IMG/VR virus record: IMGVR_UViG_3300046314_000558
Coordinates: 1 to 64,000 of that record
Origin: a virus
DNA: 64,000 nucleotides
Reading direction: 5' to 3' (one strand)
Both the position numbers and the translations under genes were made by a program. How positions within the stretch are numbered: position 1 is the first letter of the stretch; each line of letters begins with the position of its first letter. This document shows, in pieces, positions 35,813 to 45,645 of the stretch. The notes below the pieces were generated by a model that saw only the letters and a list, made by a program, of their open reading frames with translations, had not been told where the DNA came from and ran no database searches.

Positions 35813-36554
35813 AAAAACAACTAAAAACTGGTCTGACGAAGCTGTTGACCAACTGATGAACATCGTTGGAAACGAAAGCCCTGTTAGCGTTGAAAGCGTT
35901 GAGCGTGCTGCTGAACAACTGGGTAAAACCACTCGTAGCATTGCATCTAAACTGCGTCAACTAGACCGTGAAGTTGCTAGTCTTGCAAAAGAAAAAACCA
36001 GCGCATTTACTGAAGCAGAAGGCACTGATCTTGCCGACTTCGTTCACGCTAACGCCGGTAACTTGACATACAAAGATATTGCTGAAAACTTTGCTGGCGG
36101 TAAATTCACTGCCAAACAAATTCAAGGCAAACTGTTGGCCTTGGAATTGACTGGTTCAGTTAAGCCAGCCGAAAAAGTTGAAGTTGCACGTACATACACA
36201 GAAGCCGAAGAAATGACTTTTGTGAAAATGGCTGATGCAGGTAGCTACATTGAAGAAATCGCTGCTAAACTCAACAAGACAGTTGCATCAGTTCGTGGTA
36301 AAGCACTGAGCTTGACTCGCAAAGGTCAAATTGCCAAAATTCCAGCACAAAAAGAATCTCATGCCAAAGAGTCCGTTGACCAAGTAAGCGCATTGGGTGC
36401 AGCTATTGCAACAATGACCGTAGCAGAAATTGCTGCTAAGGTTGACAAAACAGAGCGTGGTCTGCGTACATTGCTGACTCGCCGTGGTATCAAAGTTGCT
36501 GACTATGACGGTGCAGCTAAAAAAGCCAAAGCAGAAGCCAAAGCTGCTGCTTAA
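35805..36554 (+). CDS. T5 D5-like DNA-binding protein
   Basis: QIQGKLLALEL, RGKALSL and DYDGAAKKAK motifs. Confidence 0.88.
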   Translation: MTEKTTKNWSDEAVDQLMNIVGNESPVSVESVERAAEQLGKTTRSIASKLRQLDREVASLAKEKTSAFTEAEGTDLADFVHANAGNLTYKDIAENFAGGKFTAKQIQGKLLALELTGSVKPAEKVEVARTYTEAEEMTFVKMADAGSYIEEIAAKLNKTVASVRGKALSLTRKGQIAKIPAQKESHAKESVDQVSALGAAIATMTVAEIAAKVDKTERGLRTLLTRRGIKVADYDGAAKKAKAEAKAAA

Positions 36555-36624
36555 TTTGGTTTAAACCAGTAGCCCGGGAGTTCCATAAAGCTCCCGGGCT
36601 TTTTCTGTTTAGGAGGTTCATAGT

Positions 36625-36924
36625 ATGCGTGTAACAATTACATACCATGACAACGAGTCGTTTACAATGGAAGAAGTTGTAAAGCAGGCCGTACATAATT
36701 ATGGAAAAGCAGCCCAAGTAGAAATCAAACCAGAATCTACCATGGCATATGACCACATCTATTTTGGTTTACAGCAGTTGATAACTCACGAACAATTGAG
36801 TTTGCTGTATGATAGTGGTGCAACTTATCAGCAAGATTTAAAAAAGCTACGAGAGCAAGTAATGTACAAAGTTACTGAAATCGTGGATCAAGTTATTATT
36901 GACAATGAAGCGAAAGTAGGGTAA
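36625..36924 (+). CDS. Hypothetical protein
   Basis: AGGAGG SD. Confidence 0.65.
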   Translation: MRVTITYHDNESFTMEEVVKQAVHNYGKAAQVEIKPESTMAYDHIYFGLQQLITHEQLSLLYDSGATYQQDLKKLREQVMYKVTEIVDQVIIDNEAKVG

Positions 36925-36926
36925 TC

Positions 36927-38315
36927 TTGGATACTAGTGCAGTAGTCTTAAACAAATTATTAACTGAGCGTAACCTAGATATCTGGGCTAAACTCAAGTT
37001 GGTATTTTTAGACCCTGCGTATTCTTCCTTGTACAGCGTAGTAAACAAATACTACGAAAAGTACAGCGCAATTCCGTCTTTTGACGATCTTGAGCTAACC
37101 TTAAGGGAGGGTCCGGCGTCTAAAACACTGGCAACTCTCCGGTTAACCGAGGTACCAGACGTTTCCGCAGAAGTAGCACTGGACGCACTAATCGACCAGT
37201 ATACTCAGAACGAAACGGTAAAACTATTAGATAAATTCGTAGACAAATTACCCCTCTACGATACAAATGAAATTAAAGAAAGCTTAGCCTCGATTGCACT
37301 AACAATCGAGGAAAAGACGCATACGAGCGAAAAAGTATTTACAATGGCTGACATGATGATGTTTAGCCATCCAGAAGATTTGGAGAAAGAGCGTGTTTAC
37401 CTTGGTCTTAATAACGGCTTTGACAGTGTGCTTGGTGGCGTTGCTCGCCAAGAACTCATACTCATTGGGGGTAAACGGGGCTCTGGCAAATCTATTGCTA
37501 GTAGCAATCTGTTTGTTAATCAATATGAGTCTGGTAACAGTAGTATTTATTTCAGTATTGAAATGACCGCTAAAGAGACTATGGAGCGTAACCTATCTAT
37601 CTTAGCTAACGTAAACCTGCAGAACCTAAAACAACACAAACTAACAGACGACGAACTATTGCGAGTAGTAAAAGCTCGTGCTGAAATGTTTGTTGACAGC
37701 GGTGACCTAGTAAGCGAGTTTTTACGTCATCGTGACCGCTTTAAGTTTGAAGAAAAATTAGTGCGTAACTGTGTGCTAAAAGCAGATAATCAAATGATTA
37801 TTGTTGATGACCGTGATCTGACCCTAAGTAGTATCGACTTGCACATTGGTAAAGCCAAAGCAAAGTTCGGTGACAAACTCAAGCTGGTGGTAGTTGACTA
37901 CCTTAACCAAATTGTCCTAGAAGGAAACGATCAGTATGATTGGAAACCACAAATCGAAGTCAGCAAGAAACTTAAGAATCTCGCACGAAAGTACGAAATT
38001 GTCATGGTTAGTCCATATCAGATCGACAAAGACGGGGAAGCTCGTTTTGCGAAAGGAATTCTTGACGCAGCGGATATTGCTCTTACCATGGAAGCTCACG
38101 ATAAAGAGACCAACGCGATCTCGTTTGAAACGACCAAGATTCGTGGCGGCAAAGAAATGGCGTTTACAAGTCCAATTGACTGGGATACCTTACGTATCTC
38201 GCCACAGAGTGTGGATAAGCCTACAGCTAAAGAACCGATTAAAAAAGTAAAGAAAGGCCAAGAAGAAGCAGCACCTGTTAGCGATAGCGGAGCAGACTTA
38301 CCTTGGAACGCATAA
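36927..38315 (+). CDS. DnaB-like replicative helicase
   Basis: GKRGSGKS Walker A; FSIEM; VVDYLN. Confidence 0.9.
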   Translation: MDTSAVVLNKLLTERNLDIWAKLKLVFLDPAYSSLYSVVNKYYEKYSAIPSFDDLELTLREGPASKTLATLRLTEVPDVSAEVALDALIDQYTQNETVKLLDKFVDKLPLYDTNEIKESLASIALTIEEKTHTSEKVFTMADMMMFSHPEDLEKERVYLGLNNGFDSVLGGVARQELILIGGKRGSGKSIASSNLFVNQYESGNSSIYFSIEMTAKETMERNLSILANVNLQNLKQHKLTDDELLRVVKARAEMFVDSGDLVSEFLRHRDRFKFEEKLVRNCVLKADNQMIIVDDRDLTLSSIDLHIGKAKAKFGDKLKLVVVDYLNQIVLEGNDQYDWKPQIEVSKKLKNLARKYEIVMVSPYQIDKDGEARFAKGILDAADIALTMEAHDKETNAISFETTKIRGGKEMAFTSPIDWDTLRISPQSVDKPTAKEPIKKVKKGQEEAAPVSDSGADLPWNA

Positions 38316-39170
38316 ATGTCAGACCCAGTACTAGAACTAATACAGAAGAACGATCTCCAGTTTACAGTATCTGGGCGCGACTACTTAATAAAATGCCTGA
38401 ACCCAGACCACAGTGACTCAAACCCTAGCTTTCGTGTAGACAAAGTTAGTGGTGTGGCTCACTGCTTTGCGTGTGGGTTCAAAACTAATCTTTTTAAGTT
38501 TTACGGGGTTTTCACAAACCCAGTACCTATTAAGATTATGGCACTAAAAGAAAAGTTGAACATATTAAAACGGTTTGGTCAAGAACTGGAACTTCCACAA
38601 GGCTACACTCCTTGGACAAAACAATTCCGTGGTGTAAGTCCACAAACACTAAAGCAGTTTGGTGCTTTTTACACCAATCAAGTTGAAAAGCTACAAGATC
38701 GAATTGTATTCCCAGTAAAAGATATTACTGGTAAAAATGTGGTATTCATTGCTCGTCATACTATGTCGCAGGGAAATCCTCGTTATGTTAACTATCCACA
38801 AGGTGTTAAGATTCCAGTGTTTCCATCACACTTACCAAGCGGCTACAGTTCAATGGTGATTGTAGAAGGCATGTTTGATATGCTTAACCTATACGACAAA
38901 GGCTGTGAAAACGTGGTATGTGCATTTGGCACTAATACCTTACAAAATGAAACAAAGTCTAAATTATTGCCATTTAAAGCACAAGGTATTACACACGTAT
39001 ACCTGCTGTTTGACGGTGATGAAGCAGGACGCAAAGCTGCCAAATTAATGAAGCCCATTATCGAAGAAGAAGGCTTTATTGTTGAAATTATAGATTTACC
39101 TGATGGAACTGACCCAGGTGAACTAGACACAGAGAATGTACGAAGCATTGCCGAGTACGTTAATAAATAA
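38316..39170 (+). CDS. DNA primase
   Basis: CHC2 zinc finger; TOPRIM EGMFD and FDGDEAG. Confidence 0.92.
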   Translation: MSDPVLELIQKNDLQFTVSGRDYLIKCLNPDHSDSNPSFRVDKVSGVAHCFACGFKTNLFKFYGVFTNPVPIKIMALKEKLNILKRFGQELELPQGYTPWTKQFRGVSPQTLKQFGAFYTNQVEKLQDRIVFPVKDITGKNVVFIARHTMSQGNPRYVNYPQGVKIPVFPSHLPSGYSSMVIVEGMFDMLNLYDKGCENVVCAFGTNTLQNETKSKLLPFKAQGITHVYLLFDGDEAGRKAAKLMKPIIEEEGFIVEIIDLPDGTDPGELDTENVRSIAEYVNK

Positions 39171-39223
39171 ACTTGAAATGTTAGCCAAGATACGCTATAA
39201 TAAAGTATCAAAGGAAATTATAA

Positions 39224-41503
39224 ATGAAAATTGCCATTATTGACAAAGCACCCAATCGAACACGCTATAGTGACTATTTTGAGTTCGAGTACGATCAGTT
39301 TCACATGAGTTCTGTGCCAATCACCAAGCTACTGAAAAAAGATGTAGATTTGGTAGTGGACTTGGAGCCGTATGATTTTGTGATCTTGGTTGGAGCAGAG
39401 GCTGCCAAAGAGTATGCAAAAATTACATCAGTAACCAACATGGCTGGTCAACTGGTGCAAGACAAATTCATTGCTATTTCAAACCCAGCAATGTTGAGCT
39501 TTAAACCAGAAGGCAAGCCTGACTTTCAGCGTGCAGTTGATCGTATTCACAAGTACGTTAAGGGTCAGCTAAAGCCCGCAGTACAAGGTGACTTTGCTGG
39601 AATTGATGACACTAACGAAGCCAAGCGATTCTTGCGTGAAGTGCTAGACAATGCTCAAGGCTATGTTGCATGGGACACGGAAACAACTTGCCTTTATCCA
39701 CGAGACGGATATGTGCTTGGCGTGTCTATGAGCTACAAGAGCAAGCACGGCAGATATATCTTAACAGATTGCTTGGACGATGTTTGCCTAGACTTAATGC
39801 GTAAAATTGCCCGTGAGTTTTACACAGTATTTCATAACATGAAGTTTGACTTTAAGATGATTAAGTATCACCTTGATATCGACTTTCCTCGTAAGCGGGT
39901 GCATGACACTATGGTTATGCACTATGTTCTTGATGAAACTGACTCACACGGCTTGAAACCACTAGCCCTAAAGTACACCGATTACGGTGACTATGATTCA
40001 GAACTTGATGACTTTAAAAAGGCATACTGTGCAGCACATGGCTTGTTGCAAGATGACTTTACATATGACCTTATTCCCTTTGATACAATTAGTCGTTATG
40101 CTTCTATTGACACAGCCGTTACATACGACCTTTTCCACAAGTTCTGGCCGATTGTCCAAACCAATGATAAACTGCGTAAAGTTTACGAAGAAATCTTGAT
40201 TCCTGGTACACTGTTCCTAATGGACATGGAAGAAGTAGGTATTCCTATGAGTACTGAACGCATGGCCGCAGCTAGCAAGTACTTGGATTATGAGATTGAA
40301 GAAGCTAAAAAAGTTGTTTACAGCTTTGATGCAGTAAAGCAGTATGAAAAAGATAGTGGAAAGATCTTTAACCCTAATTCAGTTATGCAGCTTCGCGTTG
40401 TGTTATTCGACTATTTGGGTCTTAACCCAACTGGTAAAAAGACTGCAACTGGTGCTGTTTCTACTGATGCTGAAGTTCTTGGTGAGTTATCTGATGAGCA
40501 TCCACTACCTGCCGCAATTTTAAAAGTGCGTCAGCTTGGCAAGATTCAGAATACTTATATTCAAAAGATTCTGCCAGAAATTGATCGTGACGGTCGTATT
40601 CGTACTAACTTCAACTTGATCTTTACTACCAGCGGACGTCTTAGCTCTAGTGGCAAGTTTAACGCTCAACAGATTCCTCGCGATGACCCTATTATCAAAG
40701 GCTGTATCGAAGCTCCAGCTGGCTACAAGATTGTATCACAAGACTTGACCACAGCCGAAATGTATTATGCAGCTGTGCTAAGTGGTGACAAGAACTTGCA
40801 AGAAGTATTCTCTAGTGGCGGCGACTTTCACTCAACAATTGCTAAAATGGTATTTTCATTGCCATGTGCAGTTGAAGATGTTAAAAAGCTATTTGGCTCA
40901 ATGCGTCAATCAGCTAAGGCTATTTCTTTTGGTATTTTGTATGGTTCGGGTGCTAATAAAGTATCTCAGACTGTATCAAAAGCTACTGGCGAGAATTACC
41001 CAGTTGAGCAAGCCCGTGACGATATTAAACAATACTTTACTAAGTTCAGTCGCCTTAAAAAGTGGCTGGAAGACCGCAAAAACTTTATTCAAACAAATGG
41101 TTACACATACTCATTTTTTGGGCGTAAACGCAGATTACCTAATGTATTTAGCGCAGATAAAGGTATTGCAGCTCACGAAGTCCGTTCAGGAATTAACGCC
41201 GAAGTACAAAGCCTTGCCAGTGATGTTAACTTACTTGGCGCTATGCGAACAGCGGAAGAGATTGCAGCAAAAGGGCTAGATGCTAAAATCTTTATGCTGG
41301 TTCATGACTCAATTGTTGCGCTCGTAAAAGACGAAGATGTGGTGGAATACTGCGAGATCCTAAAGCGTAACACGCAACACCAATGGGGATGTGAGATTCC
41401 AAATGCCCCAATCGGTGTAGATCAAGATATCGGCGAGGATTATAGTTTTGGACATTTCTCAGAAACATACAAGTTTGTTGGAGATACGCTGGCCCGTATT
41501 TAA
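39224..41503 (+). CDS. Family A DNA polymerase
   Basis: DTET exonuclease; TSGRLSS; KAISFGILYG; VHDSI. Confidence 0.95.
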   Translation: MKIAIIDKAPNRTRYSDYFEFEYDQFHMSSVPITKLLKKDVDLVVDLEPYDFVILVGAEAAKEYAKITSVTNMAGQLVQDKFIAISNPAMLSFKPEGKPDFQRAVDRIHKYVKGQLKPAVQGDFAGIDDTNEAKRFLREVLDNAQGYVAWDTETTCLYPRDGYVLGVSMSYKSKHGRYILTDCLDDVCLDLMRKIAREFYTVFHNMKFDFKMIKYHLDIDFPRKRVHDTMVMHYVLDETDSHGLKPLALKYTDYGDYDSELDDFKKAYCAAHGLLQDDFTYDLIPFDTISRYASIDTAVTYDLFHKFWPIVQTNDKLRKVYEEILIPGTLFLMDMEEVGIPMSTERMAAASKYLDYEIEEAKKVVYSFDAVKQYEKDSGKIFNPNSVMQLRVVLFDYLGLNPTGKKTATGAVSTDAEVLGELSDEHPLPAAILKVRQLGKIQNTYIQKILPEIDRDGRIRTNFNLIFTTSGRLSSSGKFNAQQIPRDDPIIKGCIEAPAGYKIVSQDLTTAEMYYAAVLSGDKNLQEVFSSGGDFHSTIAKMVFSLPCAVEDVKKLFGSMRQSAKAISFGILYGSGANKVSQTVSKATGENYPVEQARDDIKQYFTKFSRLKKWLEDRKNFIQTNGYTYSFFGRKRRLPNVFSADKGIAAHEVRSGINAEVQSLASDVNLLGAMRTAEEIAAKGLDAKIFMLVHDSIVALVKDEDVVEYCEILKRNTQHQWGCEIPNAPIGVDQDIGEDYSFGHFSETYKFVGDTLARI

Positions 41504-41999
41504 GTTAGGTGATAAGAAACCAACCCAGCAAGATGGGCTGGTATTCTATCATACACACTACGTAGATGAAAACAACTGTGAGACTTATAGCGTTAGAATG
41601 GTTGATGATAAAACTCTACCACAAAAGACGCTTGGTCTCCGACGTCTAGCAATGAAAGCACTAAAGGTTGAGCTGTTCCCAATCCGCACAGCTATCTACT
41701 TTTTAGCAGACTTGGTTAAACTTGCAAAAGCAACCACTTGGTTTGTTGACAGCAGTGGCAGAGTATTTCAGTACGAAAAAACCACACGCGCCAAACTCAC
41801 AACAAAGAAACTAAAAAATGTTTTACCTGCAGAGGGGCTAGGGTGTGTGTTTGAATTAGTGGGAGTACCTAACCGATTTAAAGCAATGCGTCACCCTGAT
41901 ACTACAGAACAGTATGCCAGAGTATTGCAGTTGGGTATGGCATTTATTTTTTATGGTTTTTGTAGTGAGCACAAGCCTGATAGTTGGAGAATGGTTTAA
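41448..41999 (+). CDS. T5-like conserved protein between the polymerase and D10
   Basis: Syntenic ORF; start uncertain. Confidence 0.65.
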   Translation: MDISQKHTSLLEIRWPVFKLGDKKPTQQDGLVFYHTHYVDENNCETYSVRMVDDKTLPQKTLGLRRLAMKALKVELFPIRTAIYFLADLVKLAKATTWFVDSSGRVFQYEKTTRAKLTTKKLKNVLPAEGLGCVFELVGVPNRFKAMRHPDTTEQYARVLQLGMAFIFYGFCSEHKPDSWRMV

Positions 42000-43295
42000 A
42001 TGCCTAAAGCAGTAATATCAAATCGTATTTACATGGATAATCCTGGTGTAGAACACACAAAAAAGATTATCGGTGCACTTACCTACAAAATCAAAAAAGA
42101 CACTGGTTCAAAGCGTTTTGCTACAGTAGAAACTATCAAGAATTATAAGGTGCTGCCCAAAGGTATTCTATCAATTCCCCAAGGTCGCCTAGACTTAATT
42201 CCCGAAGACTATGAAATCATTGATAAACGATTGCTTGAGGATGTACCTTTCCCAACGCCTAAATATCCTCTACGACCCGAACAGCAAGTGGTTTATGACC
42301 CAATCGACGACACGTGCTTTATCAATGCCCTTGTGGGATGGGGAAAGACTTTTACAGCCTTACACCTTGCTCACAAGTTCGGACAAAAAACTCTTGTTAT
42401 CACCCACACAGCTGCACTCCGAGACCAGTGGTGCGAAGAAATTGAAGTCCTATTCGGGACGCAGTGCGGAGTTATTGGTGGTGGACGAGTTGACCACGCC
42501 GACCACTTTATCACAGTGGCCAATATACAGACGCTCAGCAAGTGTGCTGGTGACTTGGCTAAGGAGTTTGGGACTATTATCTTGGACGAAGCCCACCACT
42601 GTCCTGCCACTACATTTGCACAAACAGTGGACGTATTCCATGCCCGCTACCGAATTGCTCTTAGTGGCACAATGATTCGCAAAGACGGCAAACACATCTT
42701 GTTTGGTGACTATTTTGGCCCTCTAGTATACAAGCCACCACAGTCGAATACACTGACTCCAACAGTGCACATTGTTAAGTCGGGTATTACACTAAAGCCA
42801 GGTGTACCTTGGGTTGAAAAAGTCACAGAACTACTAGAATCAGAAAAGTACAGGCAATTTATTGCAACCATTGCACTAATGCATATGCAAGAGGGTCACT
42901 CAGTGTTGGTAATTGCTGACCGAGTGGAGTTTTTACACAAAGTGAAAGAATACATTGGCGAAGATTGCGCGGTTGTTACAGGCGACACAGATTACGAAGA
43001 ACGACAGTACGTCAAACAAGAAGTCCTCTCAGGAAACAAAAAAGCCATATGCGGAAGCAGGCAAATATTCTCAGAAGGCATATCTATTAACACACTCAGC
43101 TGTGTTATCCTTGCAGCCCCAATGAGTAACGATAGTCTGCTAGAACAAATTGTGGGTCGCGTTCAACGATTGCATGAAGGTAAACTTGACCCACTAGTTG
43201 TGGACATTAACTTTGCTGGTTATGCGGATAAAAAACAAAACAACGATAGACTAGCCTTGTATTTACGTAAAGGCTGGCAGGTAATAACAGCATGA
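42000..43295 (+). CDS. D10-like SF2 helicase
   Basis: GWGKT, DEAHH and QIVGRVQR motifs. Confidence 0.92.
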   Translation: MPKAVISNRIYMDNPGVEHTKKIIGALTYKIKKDTGSKRFATVETIKNYKVLPKGILSIPQGRLDLIPEDYEIIDKRLLEDVPFPTPKYPLRPEQQVVYDPIDDTCFINALVGWGKTFTALHLAHKFGQKTLVITHTAALRDQWCEEIEVLFGTQCGVIGGGRVDHADHFITVANIQTLSKCAGDLAKEFGTIILDEAHHCPATTFAQTVDVFHARYRIALSGTMIRKDGKHILFGDYFGPLVYKPPQSNTLTPTVHIVKSGITLKPGVPWVEKVTELLESEKYRQFIATIALMHMQEGHSVLVIADRVEFLHKVKEYIGEDCAVVTGDTDYEERQYVKQEVLSGNKKAICGSRQIFSEGISINTLSCVILAAPMSNDSLLEQIVGRVQRLHEGKLDPLVVDINFAGYADKKQNNDRLALYLRKGWQVITA

Positions 43296-43355
43296 TAAAA
43301 TTTACACTTGCAGTAGCTTCGCTATTATGCTATAATATAGTCTAAGTTAAGGATT

Positions 43356-43733
43356 ATGGCACTCTTTTTTAACCTGGATTTATTAGAAACAGAAACACAT
43401 TGTGACCCTAAATTAATGTTAAGTATGCTGGAAAGGCATTTTAGCAAAAAGCCAATACCGAAAAACCACCGTGAACTAAATAGTTTCAAAAACTTGTCGG
43501 GTCACAGCTTTTTGTTAAATGCCCAACCTCTTTTCCAAGAAACTTGTGATATTGCACACAAAGCGCAATATATCAGACTTGCAGGAAGGCGTGATTATAG
43601 CTTATATAAACTTTATCGTGTAGTCTACCTAGACTTAACCTATTTCAAAGATCTTGACTTAGACGCACTAAAACACAACCCACTGCTTACAATAACAGAC
43701 AACAAAATTTACTTCAAATACGAAAATAACTAA
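43356..43733 (+). CDS. Hypothetical protein
   Basis: Promoter plus SD; syntenic with T5. Confidence 0.65.
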   Translation: MALFFNLDLLETETHCDPKLMLSMLERHFSKKPIPKNHRELNSFKNLSGHSFLLNAQPLFQETCDIAHKAQYIRLAGRRDYSLYKLYRVVYLDLTYFKDLDLDALKHNPLLTITDNKIYFKYENN

Positions 43734-43735
43734 TT

Positions 43736-44377
43736 ATGGCAATTTCATTTAAAAACACCAAAGGCAAAGCTCAATCAAACAAAGTTGAGGCTTACGAGTA
43801 CAAAGACGGCGAAAACACAGTTCGACTAGTAGGCGGCGTTCTTCCACGCTATATTTACTGGATCAAGGGCAGCAACAACAAGGATATTCCTGTTGAATGT
43901 TTGGCTTTCAGCCGCGACAAAGAAAAATTCGATAACATCGAAAAAGATCATGTCCCACAGTTCTACCCAGAGCTGAAGTGCTCATGGAGTTATACAGTTA
44001 ACTGTATTGACCCAAAAGACGGCAAAGTCAAAGCTCTGAACTTGAAAAAGAAACTGTTTGAGCAAATTGTAAGTGCAGCAGAAGACTTGGGCGATCCAAC
44101 AGATTTTGATACTGGTTGGGACGTTGTGTTCAAGCGCACTAAGACTGGGCCTCTAGCCTTTAATATCAGCTACGATCTCTCAGTACTACGTTGCAAGCCA
44201 CGTAAGCTAACTGATGAAGAACGTGCAGCTGCTGAAGCAGCCAAGTCAATTGATGAAAAATATCCTCGCCCAACAGAAGCCGAAGTGCTAGCCCTGTTGG
44301 AAAAAGTTACCTCTAACACAGATGACGGCGATGCAGGCGATGACTCTGCTCAAGAAGCTGTTAAAGAACTAGGTTGA
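43736..44377 (+). CDS. T5 D11-like (putative ssDNA-binding) protein
   Basis: VRLVGGVLPRYIYW and ECLAF.RDKE motifs; acidic tail. Confidence 0.85.
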   Translation: MAISFKNTKGKAQSNKVEAYEYKDGENTVRLVGGVLPRYIYWIKGSNNKDIPVECLAFSRDKEKFDNIEKDHVPQFYPELKCSWSYTVNCIDPKDGKVKALNLKKKLFEQIVSAAEDLGDPTDFDTGWDVVFKRTKTGPLAFNISYDLSVLRCKPRKLTDEERAAAEAAKSIDEKYPRPTEAEVLALLEKVTSNTDDGDAGDDSAQEAVKELG

Positions 44378-44432
44378 TATATGTAGCCCGCAATCCTGAA
44401 AAGCTTGCGGGCTATTTTGTCTGATAAACACA

Positions 44433-45392
44433 ATGAAAATACTATTTACAGCAGACGTACATATTAAACTAGGTCAAAAGAATGTGCCAGTTGAGTGGTC
44501 ACGAAACCGATTTCACCTATTTTGCAAGCAGTTTAGTGAAATGCAGCATGAAGCAGACTTGGTGATTGTGGGTGGCGATGTATTTGATCGACTACCTACA
44601 ATGGATGAAGTTGAGCTTTACTTTGACTTTGTGGAAAGCTTTCACAAACCAACACTAATCTATCCTGGCAATCATGAAATGTTGAAAAAAGACTCAACAT
44701 TCTTGACTAACCTTAAAAAGTCTACACATCGACTAAATTCATTGGTAACTATTATAGATGAATACTACTCGAACGATACAGTAGATATTATACCTTACAA
44801 CAAACTGAAAGATTACGAAAAGCACGGATATAGTTTTAGCAACCGTATCTTGTGCACACACGTTCGTGGAGAGATTCCACCGCACGTTAAGCCAGAAGTA
44901 GACTTGGACTTATTTAATCGCTGGAACTTGGTACTAGCAGGCGACCTGCATTCATATGAAAATTGTCAGCGCAATATTCTTTATCCTGGCAGCCCTTATA
45001 CTACTAGTTTTCACCGCTCCCGAGTCGATACTGGCGCTATTATCCTTGATGTTGATACTCTCAGTCATGAGTGGCGGAAGTTCAACTTACCACAGCTCAT
45101 CAAGAAAACAATCACTGCCGAAGAGGCCTCCACCTCCGCCAATGCCACCGACTTTGACCACACAATCTATGAAGTGCAAGGTGATATGCAAGAACTCGGA
45201 GAATTGCAAGATTCAGAGCTGATTGCCACCAAAGTCCTAAAACGCGATACCGACTCAGCACTAATGCTAGACGCAGAAATGTCCTTGGATCAAGAAGTAC
45301 GCGAGTACGTAACCTATATCTTAGAACTACCAGAACCCACGGTAGATAAGGTTTTAAAAGAAATGCAAAATCATGCAGAAAAATTCACCTAA
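44433..45392 (+). CDS. D12-like SbcD/Mre11 nuclease
   Basis: ADVH, GGDVFD, GNHE and GDLH motifs. Confidence 0.9.
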   Translation: MKILFTADVHIKLGQKNVPVEWSRNRFHLFCKQFSEMQHEADLVIVGGDVFDRLPTMDEVELYFDFVESFHKPTLIYPGNHEMLKKDSTFLTNLKKSTHRLNSLVTIIDEYYSNDTVDIIPYNKLKDYEKHGYSFSNRILCTHVRGEIPPHVKPEVDLDLFNRWNLVLAGDLHSYENCQRNILYPGSPYTTSFHRSRVDTGAIILDVDTLSHEWRKFNLPQLIKKTITAEEASTSANATDFDHTIYEVQGDMQELGELQDSELIATKVLKRDTDSALMLDAEMSLDQEVREYVTYILELPEPTVDKVLKEMQNHAEKFT

Positions 45393-45645
45393 AATAGCCG
45401 AAGTATGGTCACAAACTAACTGCCCAGCTTGTACTGAAGCCAAGCGGTTACTGGAAACTCACGGAACGCATATTGTAGAAAAAATGCTTGGCATTAACGG
45501 CTATACCAAAAAAGATTTAATTGAAGTAGTTCCCAATGCTCGCAGTGTGCCACAAATCTTTTTAGATGGTGAGTACATTGGTGGATTGCAGGAACTTAAA
45601 AGAAAACTAGCAAATGATAACAATAAAAACACTAGCATGGTCTAA
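45373..45645 (+). CDS. Glutaredoxin
   Basis: CPAC; SVPQIF; IGG. Confidence 0.88.
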   Translation: MQKNSPKIAEVWSQTNCPACTEAKRLLETHGTHIVEKMLGINGYTKKDLIEVVPNARSVPQIFLDGEYIGGLQELKRKLANDNNKNTSMV